64,000 nucleotides of DNA from Camelus ferus. Taxonomy: Eukaryota. The notes beneath the pieces were generated by a model. The model did not search any database. It saw only the letters and a program-made list of their open reading frames with translations, and was not told the DNA's origin. Location: NCBI RefSeq assembly GCF_009834535.1, contig NC_045697.1:9364001-9428000 (forward strand). The letters are read 5' to 3'. The first letter of the stretch is position 1, and the number at the start of each line of letters is the position of its first letter. Both the position numbers and the translations under genes were made by a program. Shown piece by piece: positions 13,603-25,169 of this stretch.

Positions 13603-13987
13603 TGTATTAATTTGCTAGGGCTTCCATAACAAAATACCATAGATTGGATGGCTTATGAAACAAAAATTTATTTTCTTGTGTTTCTGGGAGCTAGACGTCC
13701 AAGATCAAAGTATCATCAGGGTTGGCTTCTTCTGAGGTCTCTCTCCTTGTAGATGGCCATCTTCTCCTTGTATCCTTACATGGTCTTCCCTCTGTGCTTG
13801 TATGTGTCCTAATCTCTTCTTGTAAGGACACCAGACATATTGGATTAGGGTCCACCCATATGACCTCATTTTAACTTAATCACTTCTTTAAAGGCATGAT
13901 CTCCAGACACAGTCACATTCTGAGGTTCTGGGGTTTGAGATTTCTATATCTTAATTTGAGGGGTGGGGCCCAGTTCAGCCTGTAACA
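13603..13987 (-). mobile_element. MLT1A-type MaLR solo LTR with intact 5-bp TSD
   Basis: TG...CA termini; 'tgtattaatttgctagggcttccataacaaaatacc...gtcacattctgagg'; GTTAT at 13598-13602 and 13988-13992. Confidence 0.92.
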
Positions 13988-14479
13988 GTTATGGAACTTG
14001 CCTTTGCTCTTAAGTTCCTACTGTGAAACTCTGGAAATGACTTTACAGCAAGATTTCAATGAAGGTTGAAATTAAAAATAAGAGATAGATAAAGAAAGGA
14101 AATACAGAAAATTACTTAAAACTACAGCTTGATGTTACTGGTCCTTAAAGGCTGACTCTATAGGATCCTGGTAGCCCACCGTCTTCTTATCTTTCCCTGG
14201 AAAAGGCATCCACTAGCAGGTTGGTTCCAATAAATTCTGATTCTGACTCGAGTCTACGAGGCCACAGTGAATAAAGGGAATCCTACTAACTCATGCTGTT
14301 CTAAGATCATCTTCTCTAGTCCTAATTTCTTGACTCAGAATACACAGTTTCTTAGGATTAATGTCCATTACCTTCATGAAAAATTCCATCCACCTTTGTA
14401 GGCTTTGTTCTTTGGGTCTGATGATACAATCATAGTAAAACTCAACGGGTCATTCTGAATTATTCTTTAGTTAAAAGAC

Positions 14480-15640
14480 ATTGTCAAAGTAAAACACACT
14501 TCAACATTGATTTTATATTCCAACAGATAATACAAACTTTACATTATTTTTTTCTATTTTCTGAGTGTGATTTTTTTTTTTTTCTCACAATTATCCTCCT
14601 GTCCCTGGCCATGCTTTTAGTCAGGTTTATTTAATATTTTTGGTGTTTCAGTTATTATTTCAAATATTAATTTCAAATCCACTGTGGTTTTATTTTTCTC
14701 TTCCATTATTATTCTTTTTCTGATCTATTATCACTTTTTAACCTCCTTCTGTAGCATTATCAATTTATTTTTCCTTTGATCTCTAAGACGCATCCTTTGA
14801 GCATTTCCTTTTTTCAGAAAGACTATGTTTTCAATTGATTCTGGTATCTGATTCTTTGTCGTTTTCAAAGATAATTCTGATAGAGTTTAGCTGTTTTATT
14901 TTGCTTATATTTCTTTCAACAACTTCATTATTATTCTAATTTCAAAGTCTATGCATAAGCCCTGAGACACTTCTTTTCTATTACATGTATTTAAAACTTG
15001 GAAAGAATAGTTTCTTCTGAGTCAGTTATTGGCTCCCAGCAAGCAGGAAAGCTAGCAGAAGGCAAAGAGCAGAGAAAGTCAGCACCTTACATTTTGATTA
15101 ATGGTCTCAATCATTCTTCAATGTCCTCTGGCCTGAGGACATATATTCACCTAGTTTGATTATTCAAGGAGTTTTAGGGCTCACAGTAAAGTTCTAGAAA
15201 TCTCAGGTTCTCTATGTTGTTACCTGCTTTTCTTCCCTCTTCAGGATTGCCCCAGGTGGCTGCTTCACTAATGTTACTGATAATAAAGTTGGCATGCCTT
15301 CGTTGTTCCTCCTTCCGTCCATCTCCCAAGCTGGTCTGTGGTCTCTGTGAGGATACATTCTCTTCTGTCTATCCAGCTCTCTCATATACTTTCATCATTA
15401 AAAGATCACTGGAAGTGCCTTTCAACACTGGCAATCTTTTTAAAGAGCCGGAAATTTGAAGAAGCTCTCATTGTCCTAATGTTAAAATACTTAATTTCAG
15501 ACATTCTTTATATTTTATGATTTGTTGTATGGCTTTCTCTCCTCTTGCATTTTTGAAGATGTTTTATTTTAATTTTTTTTCTCTTTCTAAAATTATTTTC
15601 CAGGGAAAGTAGTAGATACATTTTAATTATACCAACAGAT
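14480..15640 (-). mobile_element. Old L1ME/HAL1-like fragment
   Basis: T-rich degenerate sequence with antisense ORF1-like stretches ('tttcttcaacaacttc', 'tagtttcttctgagtc'). Confidence 0.5.
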
Positions 15641-16093
15641 ATTTATTCTTACATACAATTTCTTGCTTTAGGATAACATTTCTCCCAAATATATTTATTT
15701 CTGCTGATCTGCTTATGTAATGTGATATTTCTCCCTCCCAAGATATTAGCATATTTATAATTAATGGCTTTAATAATACCAGATATGGAAAATCAATGGC
15801 TAAGTATATTTAAGGAGCACCAAGAGTTGCACTGTTTTTTCCTAGTCACTCTTTCAGGACAGATGGGAACTACACAATTCATGAAAACTAGAGCTTTGCT
15901 TTATTACTTGCAATGGCACATTGCTTATGCTAGTGCACAGAACGTAGTAAATCTCAGTAATTTTATGCTGAATGAGTGAATGAAGTACACACTTACAAGC
16001 CTTTCAGCCATCTTCACAATCTCAGCTCTACATTTACTATAAACAATCCCTCAAGGAAAAAGAACAAATACAGTTCATAAGGAAAAAAAATTG

Positions 16094-16158
16094 TATATAG
16101 TATATATGTATATGTGTGTGTATGTGTGTATATATTATATACACACATATATATATAA
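16094..16158. repeat. Compound (TA)/(TG)/(CA) microsatellite
   Basis: Directly visible. Confidence 0.85.
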
Positions 16159-17599
16159 ATTTAGGTTAATCTAAAATCACCAAGAAAAAGATAACCTTTT
16201 GGTCCAAAGAAGCAACGTGGTCTCCAAAGTCCATGTTCTGCTGAAAAAGATAACCAAACTATATGATGGGCAAAGACATACCCTCTGATTCTGGGACAAG
16301 CAGGTTAATTTTTGACCTCAGTATCTCTCCTATAACTCCCCATCCCAAAAAGTAAGAATTTTTCAACTATCTATAAGCAAAAGGAAAAATGTCCCTTTTC
16401 TTCTCCCCAGAACAAAGAAAACATCTGATCCAAAGTTCAACTTAATTTATCTCCAATTAGAGGACAGAAACTGCTTGCCATTTTTAGGTGACTTTTTTTT
16501 TTTTTTTGCTTCTACTCCTACTGAAGTTAAAGAAAATAATTGCAGCATAGATATCTTATCACAGGTATTTTAAAAATATATAGCCGTTGGGATTGGAGTC
16601 AGTGTAGGTGTTAATGCTTGGAGGAACGGTAATTACAATGTGTAAGCTGTGTGTCACAGAAAACTGTATAGCAGTTAACAGCTGCAGGCCAGATGTGTTT
16701 ACCTGGTTACCCCTTCACAATTTAATGTTGAGTGGGAAAAGAAGACATCAAAGTCTATAGCATAATGTCATATAATATAAGTTAAATATTCACAATGAAA
16801 GACTCCATATTCTACAAGACTATATGCAAGAAATCAAAAATAGTAGAATAGTTGTTTTTGGAAGAGGAGGGAAATAAGAAAGGGGGATAGGGATTCAATA
16901 TAATACATACATACAAAAATGCCTACAAGACAGGTCCTTTGCAGGAATCAATGATAAATTGATATAAAAGACTCAACCTAATGCAACATGAAATTTAAAA
17001 ATATACAAACTTGTAGGATGTAAGAAGGACTATGATGAAAACTCACTGGATCAGGGGCTGCAAAGAAAGAATCTACTATATTAAATAGGAAATATGATAT
17101 GGGGTATAAAGAAGAAATGAAGGGCAAAAATAACCTCAAAGATTATACCTAGAGAAATTTGTAAAAAGAAACACAATTAAAACACTCATTCCAAGTTTTC
17201 CTAGTTCTCCAGTGGTGTTCTACATTGGAAGGAATGTCTATATTGTTCTGAACAGATGTGAAATAATTGGGTACAGGAGAAAGTTGTGAACTGCGTGGGC
17301 AGAGATACAAGCGCGAAGGAGGTCACTGTGAGTAACTTGAGAGAAGGTATTGGGACGTCTCAGCTTTCTCTCTCAGGATGCTGAGGCAGGATTGCAACAA
17401 TAAGGAAGAGGAGTAAGAGCAAGGAAAGGTATCCAGACAAGGGTATGTAGGCACCCAGGCACAGAAAATGAAGCAGAAGATAAGGAAGGGTTTACCACAG
17501 GAGCCAGTCAACAGGGCTGCGGTTTCATAACATCCATATATTCAGAAACAGACAGGAGGTGGGGACATCTTTTTTTCAAAATTCTGAGTGTTAAGAATT

Positions 17600-18200
17600 T
17601 CATTGAACTTAGTAAAAATAACATTTTAACTTTTATTGAATGATGATAAATATCAGAGTGACAAAGTAGCATATGTTTATTGTAGTAACATGTTGAAAAG
17701 AAAGAAAAGCTGAGAGAAGTAAAAAAATTGTTCATAATCCAATGAACCACTATTATCATTTCAATATATTTCCTTCTGGTCTTTTCCAAAATATAATATT
17801 ACTTTTAACTTTGGTATACATAATTGTAACTATTCTTGTGTGTTTTTTTCTCATTTAATATCACAATTTAAGCTATTTGTGAAATTACTGTGTACTCTTC
17901 ATATACATCAATTTTAATGTGTCAACAGTATTATATTGAAGTAGATTGACCAAATTTGATATAACTATTCTCATCTTTATGGTCTCTATTTTTTTCTCCC
18001 CATAGTATAAAGTAATGACTATTCTCTCTACTTAGTGATTTTTCTTTCTATATTTCACAATATTTTCTCAGGAAAGATTCCCAGAAGTAAAATTACAAGT
18101 ACAAAGGTTATGAACATTTTAAGGATCTTGATGCATATAGTAAAGTTGCTTCCAAGAAAAGTTGTACCAATGTAAGCCATCACCAGGAAAGGATGTGTGC
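17600..18200 (-). mobile_element. L1ME 3' region fragment
   Basis: 'ttctcaggaaagattcccagaagtaaaattacaagtacaaaggttatgaacattttaagg...gttgtaccaatg'. Confidence 0.7.
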
Positions 18201-18249
18201 CACGAGCACATATTTGTAGCAGTTACTGTGTAAGACCAAGGATGCTAAA

Positions 18250-18600
18250 TTTTGTAAAAACCATATGAGCTGTTTGTTAAACTCCAGGATCCAGACACTA
18301 CTCATAAACACCCTGGTCCAGTGGGTCTGAAATCTTCATTCTTAACAAGTAACCCAGAATGACTAACCTAAGAATTAGAAAGAATACATGTTGAAAATAC
18401 CATTTTGAGATACCTCTTGAGGTGCCTTTTATGCAGATTTTTTAAATTATAGCTAAATGAGATGTCATAAGTACAGAAATCCCCTGTTTTTGTGACATGA
18501 CAACTGTGTGATTCTGACAGCTCGACCTTGTGTCTTACCCTGGATCTGCACATTTAACTTCTCCTAGATATGCCCCAACCAGGTGACTCTTGATTAAATG
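18250..18600. mobile_element. MER5A/B (hAT-Charlie) fragments
   Basis: 'gtgggtctgaaatcttcattcttaacaagtaacccagaatga' and 'tctgcacatttaac...ccaggtgactcttg'. Confidence 0.55.
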
Positions 18601-18829
18601 ATAATTTTATGAACATAAAGTAGAAATATATCTGTCACTTTAAATTATTTACCAGGCAAAAATGCTAGTGAATTTGGGTTGTCATGAGCCAAAAACATTG
18701 GCAGAAAAAATATAGGGAAAAAGAAATGAGTTTTGTGGCATGTGGGACTTCAATATGTTCTGCAACTCAGAATCGTTTTCTTCCAAATACACCTCCTATT
18801 TTCCCCTCACCTGATTCCAGATATACTGA

Positions 18830-19460
18830 GGTGCTGGCTAGGGGAAGGGAGGGTTGAATCTAGTGATCTATGTGAGTCCTCCTCCCTCCTGTGGAATGGT
18901 CCTTTCTGCCTTATTTCCTTGGCCTCAGTTTGCTGGTGCAGGGGAGACATGGGGACCTAGCCAGACAAATTGGGTCCTTCCCCACTTAGTTTGTGTTTTG
19001 TTGTTGTTGTAGGGGGAGGTAATTAGGTTTACTTATTTGTTATGGAGGTACTGGGGATTGAACCCAGGACCTTGTTCATGTTAGGCACACACTCTATCAT
19101 TGAGCTATAGTCTCCCCCCTTTCCCTTCTTTTCCGTGATTTTGAATCTGAGGCTCAGAGTCACAGTGTTCTCCCATTGAATAATGAAACCCTTAATGCTT
19201 GGGAGCTGTCTATGGACCTGTTTGGGATGGAGAATGAAGCTACCACAGCGAGAATACGCAGCAGGCCTGGGAGATGGAGAAGCAGCTCTAATGGTATTTA
19301 AGCTCTCAATTCTGGATATTCCTTAGGTCTACCTGCTTCTTTCTCCTTTCGACAGCTTGACTATTCTACAGGACAGATCAATACCCATGACTAATTTCCC
19401 TTTTGTTGGTAAGGTACTTTGAGTTGGGTTTCGATAACTACAGGCATAATAAGCCTGATT
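18830..19460 (+). mobile_element. MLT1 (J/K-like) LTR, interrupted by a SINE
   Basis: Ends 'aatttcccttttgttggtaaggtactttgagttgggtttcgataactacag'. Confidence 0.65.
18990..19119 (-). mobile_element. Camelid tRNA-derived SINE (Vic-1 type)
   Basis: Reverse strand reads GGGGGAGACTATAGCTCAATGATAGAG...GGTCCTGGGTTCAATCCCCAGTACCTCC with A/B boxes and an A-rich tail. Confidence 0.85.
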
Positions 19461-19617
19461 TATGCATAAACACTGATGCTTCCTTCCTGAGCCTGCTGAC
19501 AACACCTTTGGGCTTTGTCAAAAAAGGATCAGGAGATAAAGGTGGTGTGGAGGGTGAGTATTGCTGCTGGCAGTAAGGCAAATGACAGCATCAAAAGTGC
19601 TAAGCTTTTGATTTTTC

Positions 19618-20216
19618 CACAGTTTTATTGATATATAATGAACATATAACATTGCATGAGTTTCAAGGTACAACATAATGATTTGATATATGTATGTATT
19701 GTAAGATGGTCACCAAAATAAGTTTAGTTAACATCTGTCACCTCACATAATACATTTTTCTTGTGGTGGAAACTTTTAAATTCTACTTGCTTAGCAACTT
19801 TCAAGTATACGGTACAGTATTGTTAACTGTAGTCACTGTGCTACACATTGCATGTCCAGAACTTATTTATCTTATAACTGACAGTCTGTATTTTAGGACC
19901 GCCTTCGCCCATTTCCCCCATCTTCCTCCCCACCTCTGGCAACCACCAATGTGTTGTCTGTTTCTATGAGTTTATTTGTCTATTTTTTTAGATTTCACAT
20001 ATAAGCGAGGTCATACAGTATTTGTCTTTATTCTGTCTGACTTATTTCACTTAGTATAATGCCCTCAAGTTCTGTTCATGTTAATGCAAGTGAGTGGCAT
20101 GAATTCCTTCTTTCTCATGGCTAAATAATACTCCACAGTAGACAGATAGATAATAGATAGATAATAGACAGATGATAGATAGATGATTGTTAGATAGAGA
20201 GAGAGATGACATTTTC
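19618..20216 (-). mobile_element. L1MA9-like 3'UTR (left part of host L1)
   Basis: 'ttctacttgcttagcaactttcaagtatac...tattgttaactgtagtcac...ctctggcaaccacc...gatttcacatataagcgaggtcatacagtatttgtc'. Confidence 0.9.
20140..20206. repeat. (GATA)n/(GA)n degenerate microsatellite
   Basis: Directly visible. Confidence 0.85.
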
Positions 20217-21000
20217 CTCTTACATTTATTGAAATGTGGCTTAACATGTTATGTATCCTAGGGAATGTTCCATGTGCATTTGAAAAAAAAAAGTGTATTC
20301 TGTGGTTTGGGGGTAGAATGTTCTGTTTAAATTTATTAAGTTTATCTGATCAAATGTGTCATTTAAAGCTATTGCTCCCTTATTGATATTTTGTAGGATG
20401 ATCAATCCTTTAATGTGTGGTATTAAAGTCCTCTATGATTTTTGTATTACTGTCAACTTTTCCCTTTACATCTGTTAATATGTGCCTTATATATTTAGAT
20501 GTTCTTATGTTGTGTGCATAAATATTTACAAATGTTATATCCTTTCTTTGAAAATACCCCTTTATCATTATGTGATGCTCTGCTTTGTCTTTTCTTACAG
20601 TCTTTGTTAGAAAATCTAATTTGTCTACTTAAATTTTCTTTTCATTTCCATTTTTATGGAACACCCGTTTCCACCCCTTCACTTTCAGTCCATGTGCTTT
20701 CAGTTCTGAAGTGTCTCTTGTGGGCAGCATAAGGATGGGTCTTGTTTTTTTACCCATCCAGCTACCCTACGTCTTCTGATTGGAGCATTTAGTTTGTTTG
20801 CATTTAAAGTGATTATTGATAAGCATGAACTTATTGCTTTTTGTTAATTGTTTTTTGGGTTTTTTTGGTAGTTTTTCTCTGTTCCCTTCTTCTCTTGGTC
20901 TGTAATTTGGTCATTTTTTTCGTGTTATGTTTAGGTTCTTTTCTCATTATTTTTTGTGTATGTTCTATAGGATTTTGGGTTGTAGTTATCATAAAGTCTT

Positions 21001-21064
<64 letters not shown>

Positions 21065-21078
21065 TACATATACATATA
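21001..21078. repeat. Compound (CT)n(TA)n(CA)n microsatellite
   Basis: Directly visible. Confidence 0.9.
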
Positions 21079-21344
21079 GCAGTTTATTTTAAGCTGACCG
21101 TCACTTAGGATTGAAAGTACTCAAAAAGCACTGCATATTCACTCCCCCAATACGTTTTGTGTTTTGGACATCATATTTTACATCTTTTAATTTTGTCTCT
21201 TCCTTTATTGTAGTTATCATTGATTTGACTACTTTTGCCTTTTAACCATCATACTAGATTTTTAAGTAGCTGATCTACTGCTTTTGCTATATATTTGCCT
21301 TTCCAGTGAGATTTTTTTCTCTTTTATATGTATATTTTGTTCTA

Positions 21345-22172
21345 GTTATGGTCATTTATTTTCTGCTTCAAGAAGACTCTTTAATATTTCTTGTAAGGCC
21401 AGATTAGTGGTAACAAAATCCTTTAGTTTTTGCATGTCTGGGAAACTCTTTCTCTCCTTCGGTTCTGAATCATAAATTTGCTGGATAGAGTATTCTTGAT
21501 TGTAAGTTTTTTTTTTTCCTTTCCACATTTTAAATATGTTGTACTGCTTCCTTCTGGACTGCAAAAGTTTTGCTGAAAAATCATCAAATAGCCTTGTGGT
21601 TCCCTTGTATGTGAGTAGTTGTTTATCTTTTGGTGCATTTAAAATTCTCTCTTTAACTTCCGAATTTAATTATGATATGTTTTGATGTGGATCTCTTTGG
21701 TTTATTTTGTTTGGAACTCTTCCTGGCTCTGGATATCTGTTTCCTTCCCCAGGTTGGGGAAGTTTTCAGCCAAGTTGTCCCTTTCTTTTTTTCTTCTCCT
21801 TCTGGGACCCCTGTATGTGAATGTTAATATACTCGACGTTGTCCTGGAGCTCTCTTAAACTGTTCTCATATTTTAAAATTCTTTTTTTTCCTTTTTGTTG
21901 TTCTGATTAGATGATTTCCACTGTTCTGTCTTCCACATTGCTGACCCATGATTCTGTATCATCTAATATATTGTTGTTTTCCCTAGTGTATTTTTTAATT
22001 TCAGTTATGGTATTCGTTAGCTCTGATTGGTTCTTTCTTACACTTTCTAACTCCTTGCTGAAGCTCTCATTGTGTTCTTTCATCCTTCTCCTGAGTTCAG
22101 TGAGCTCCTTTATGACCATAACTTTGAACTCTATCAGGTAAATTATTTACCATCATTTCATTGTGCTATCAA
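21345..22172 (-). pseudogene. Degenerate L1 ORF1p coding remnant (frameshifted)
   Basis: MVIKELTELRRRMKEHNESFSKELESVRKNQSELTNTITEIK (coiled coil) and KSFPDMQKLKDFVTTNLALQEILKSLL (ORF1p C-terminal motif). Confidence 0.88.
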
Positions 22173-22586
22173 GGTTTGAGGGGAACGTAAAAAATGACAC
22201 TCACTGGTACCTCTGACCCTGGAGAGAGCAGTTCTCTGTTTGTCAGATGCTATAGAGTTAGTAATTTTTTGTTTCACTTATAGGCTAAGTTCCCTTTGAA
22301 CCACTGTTTTTTCACTGTGCCTCAGGAAAGGTTTGTCTGTGCTCAGGCCCCTCAGTGACATCCATCCCTACTGCAGGTTGTCATGTCAAGGATGTCAATA
22401 CTGTGTCTCTGCCTCTCTTACCTGTTTCTATGTGGTCCTTGTACCGTTCGTTACACAGAAGCTGTTCAACCAGCCCACAGTTCTTCTTCAGGAGAAATTG
22501 CTCTATAAGTAAGTGTAGATTCAATGTGTCCATAGGAAGAGGTGAGTTCAGAGACTCCCCACACTCCCATCTGGAACTGGAACCTC

Positions 22587-23385
22587 TATATCACTTTTTC
22601 TTTATCTATTCGTTCATGAATGGACACTAGATTATTTCCATGTCTTGGCTATGTTGTAATAAGCATAAGGGCGCAGATATCTAAGGTGGTAATTTCATTT
22701 TATTCAGATATATACTCAAAAGTAGAATTGCTGGATCATATGGCAGATCTATTTTTAATTTTTGAGGAAACTCCATGTTGTTTTCCATAAAAGTTGCACA
22801 ATTTTCATTCTTACCAACAGTGTACAAAAGTTTCCTTTTCTCCATATCCTCACCAACACTTACCTCTTATCTTTTTGATGATAGCCATTCTAGCAGAAGC
22901 GAGGTAATATTTCACTGTGTTTTTGGTTTGCATTTTCCTGATGATTAGTGCTGTTAAGCACCTTTTCAGGTACTTGGCCATTTATATGTCTTTTTGGGAA
23001 AAAAAATGTCTATTCAGTTCCTCTGCTCATTTCTTAACTGGATTTTTTTCTATTGAGTTGAATGATTTTCTTATCTAATTTGGATATTCATCCCTCATTA
23101 GATATATGATTCGCAAATATTCCCTTCCATTCTGTAGGCTGCCTTTTCATTTTGTTGATGGTTTTCTTTTCTATGCAGAACTTTTCAAAAAACTCTTTAA
23201 AAATATTTTTATTTATTTATTTTATTTTTTAATGGAGGTAATAGGGATTGAACCCAGGACCTCATGCATGCTAAGTGCGCGCTCTACCACTGGGCTGCAC
23301 ACCCCACCCCCCACAGAACTTTTTAGTTTGATATAGTCTTATTTATTTATTTTTGCTTTGATCATCCTTGACTTTGGAATGTGTC
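22587..23385 (-). mobile_element. L1MA9-like ORF2 3' end/3'UTR (right part of host L1)
   Basis: 'gtagaattgctggatcatatggcag...tttttgaggaaactccat...gcaaatattcccttccattctgtaggctgccttttcattttgttgatgg'. Confidence 0.9.
23186..23313 (-). mobile_element. Camelid tRNA-derived SINE (Vic-1 type) with TSD
   Basis: 'ggaggtaatagggattgaacccaggacctcatgcatgctaagtgcgcgctctaccactgggc'; CAGAACTTTT at 23176-23185 and 23314-23323. Confidence 0.88.
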
Positions 23386-23399
23386 AAGGTTTTTGATTC

Positions 23400-23605
23400 A
23401 TACAGATATAGATTCGGTCCTGATTCTTCTTCCTTAGATGTAGGGCCTTGAGTGAACTGTCAGCCTCTCTAAGCCTTCATTTCCTTGATGTAATATTGAG
23501 ATATTTTTCCTCACATAACAATTTATAGAGATTCAGTGAAGTTTTACATAAATTTACATAAATGTGCCTATTATGAAGCTATATGCATAGTAGGTGCTCC
23601 ATATT
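23400..23605 (+). mobile_element. MIR SINE
   Basis: 'ccttgagtgaactgtcagcctctctaagccttcatttcc...catagtaggtgctcc'. Confidence 0.75.
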
Positions 23606-24029
23606 CTGTACTCTGGGTTGTAGTTCAAGCATCTTCATTCAAAACAACAGCTTTGAAGGGTCTGCTGCATCTGGTTCTGTAAATTCTGTCTCATCCAGGA
23701 CCTCTGAATCAAAAAGTCTCCTAGTTCTTTCTTTCATAACCTTGACCAAGATTTATTGACTTGAAGGATGGAGTGATCAAGTTTTTGAAATGACTTTGGA
23801 AAATTTTCTTAATAGTCATTGTTTTGGAGTGTGACTCCCTCAGACAATGAAAATAATTACAGTTATTTAAGAGAAAAAAAAATCTCTTTTTTTGTACCAC
23901 ATTTTAATTCTACACTATTTCCTAGGCATTATCTCACCCATGTTTCATAATGTCCCTCCAAGATAGTTAATGTAAATATTATCATTCTCATAAACATAAG
24001 TCAAAACTGAGGCTTTCTCATCCTTTAAC

Positions 24030-24300
24030 TCAGTCAAAATTCATTGGGTTAGGCATTGTATTGGGTGCTGTGATTAGATGAAGAGAGTAATAAGATGTGG
24101 GCTTAGCCTCCAAAAGCCAGGGTGAAGGATAGACAAATGAATAGAAAGCATAACAGGGGATGATGGAGGAGCCAGGGCCACAGTGAGAACTCACACTATA
24201 GATGAGTGGAATAAACAGGGTCTAATATAAGTGACTTTGCTTCAAGACCAGAACTAAAGCTAAGATGAATAGGGGTAGCTCTGTTTGATATTCAGTAATT
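24030..24300 (-). mobile_element. L2 3' fragment
   Basis: 'aggcattgtattgggtgctg...taagatgtgggcttagcctcc'. Confidence 0.6.
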
Positions 24301-24514
24301 GTTGTCATGGAAGACAGATTAGATATTGTGTGTTCTGGTTAATCCAATATTCCACATAATTGTGAATTCTGCCTATATTAAATAATATATTAAAGTTTTG
24401 AGAAGAGAAAATAGAAAAAATTTAATAAGCCACTCTTGGCTCTGGCCTTCAGAGATGTTGTTCGAAACATCAATTTGTATCATAATATAAAGTGGAAAGT
24501 CAGTAAGATGTGGT

Positions 24515-24750
24515 AATTGAAAGTGAAGGCTATGAAGTCATGCTCCCTGTGTTAAAATCCTAGCTCTCTCACATGCCAAGAAAAATTGCTTAATTACTCT
24601 GTACCTTGGTTTCCTCATTTTTAATGGAGATACTGATGCAGGGATGCTGTGTACTTTATAGGATTCTTGTGGACGTGAAGAAGTTAATCAGCCCACAGCC
24701 TTTAGCAGGGTGACTGACACGCAGCAGAAACTCAATAATTTTATTACTGC
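24515..24750 (+). mobile_element. MIR SINE
   Basis: 'aaatcctagctct...taattactctgtaccttggtttcctcatt'. Confidence 0.75.
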
Positions 24751-25169
24751 CAGAAGATGGAGCAGTTCAGGATGGAAAGGGGTTCTCTGAAGGGCCTAGA
24801 ACAGAGTGGTCCCCAGATGCTGACCATTCTTCCTTAGAACTTTCCTTGGTTCTGCTATTCTGAGGGTGAGGCAGAGTCCCAGGCCTGGGTTATTGTATTA
24901 GTAATACATAAGAGGAAAACGTAAGATAAAAACAATGAAGTAATGTCTTCGATTCCTACCATCTTTCTTTCAAAAAATGCTCTCTGGTCCTAAGCCTGAG
25001 CATTTGCCCTCTGTAGTCTTACAAGTGAGAGCTCCACAGACTCACACCTCAGATCAGATATGGTTTCCGAGGATGTCATTAAATCCTATCTTTTTAGGAA
25101 TGGATAACCAAGTAGCCCACCAAAAAGTCTGGAAGATCTTTTTGGTCTCTTACCCATTTTGAAGAGTTG

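Larger units (their letters stand above)
20217..22586 (-). mobile_element. Nested L1: 5'UTR + ORF1 + inter-ORF spacer + 5' part of ORF2 (endonuclease); 3'-truncated and degenerate
   Basis: ORF1-like peptides in the ORF track; endonuclease-region DNA at about 20230-20720; L1 5'-end-like 'cccatctggaactggaacc' at about 22566-22584. Confidence 0.85.

Noticed and set aside
18990..19119. tRNA-like sequence as a true tRNA gene (also 23186-23313)
   Set aside because: A-rich tail, SINE-specific 3' extension and a TSD on the second copy mark these as SINEs
20831..21092. Hydrophobic and lysine-rich ORFs on opposite strands
   Set aside because: Arise from the A-rich L1 inter-ORF spacer and a microsatellite
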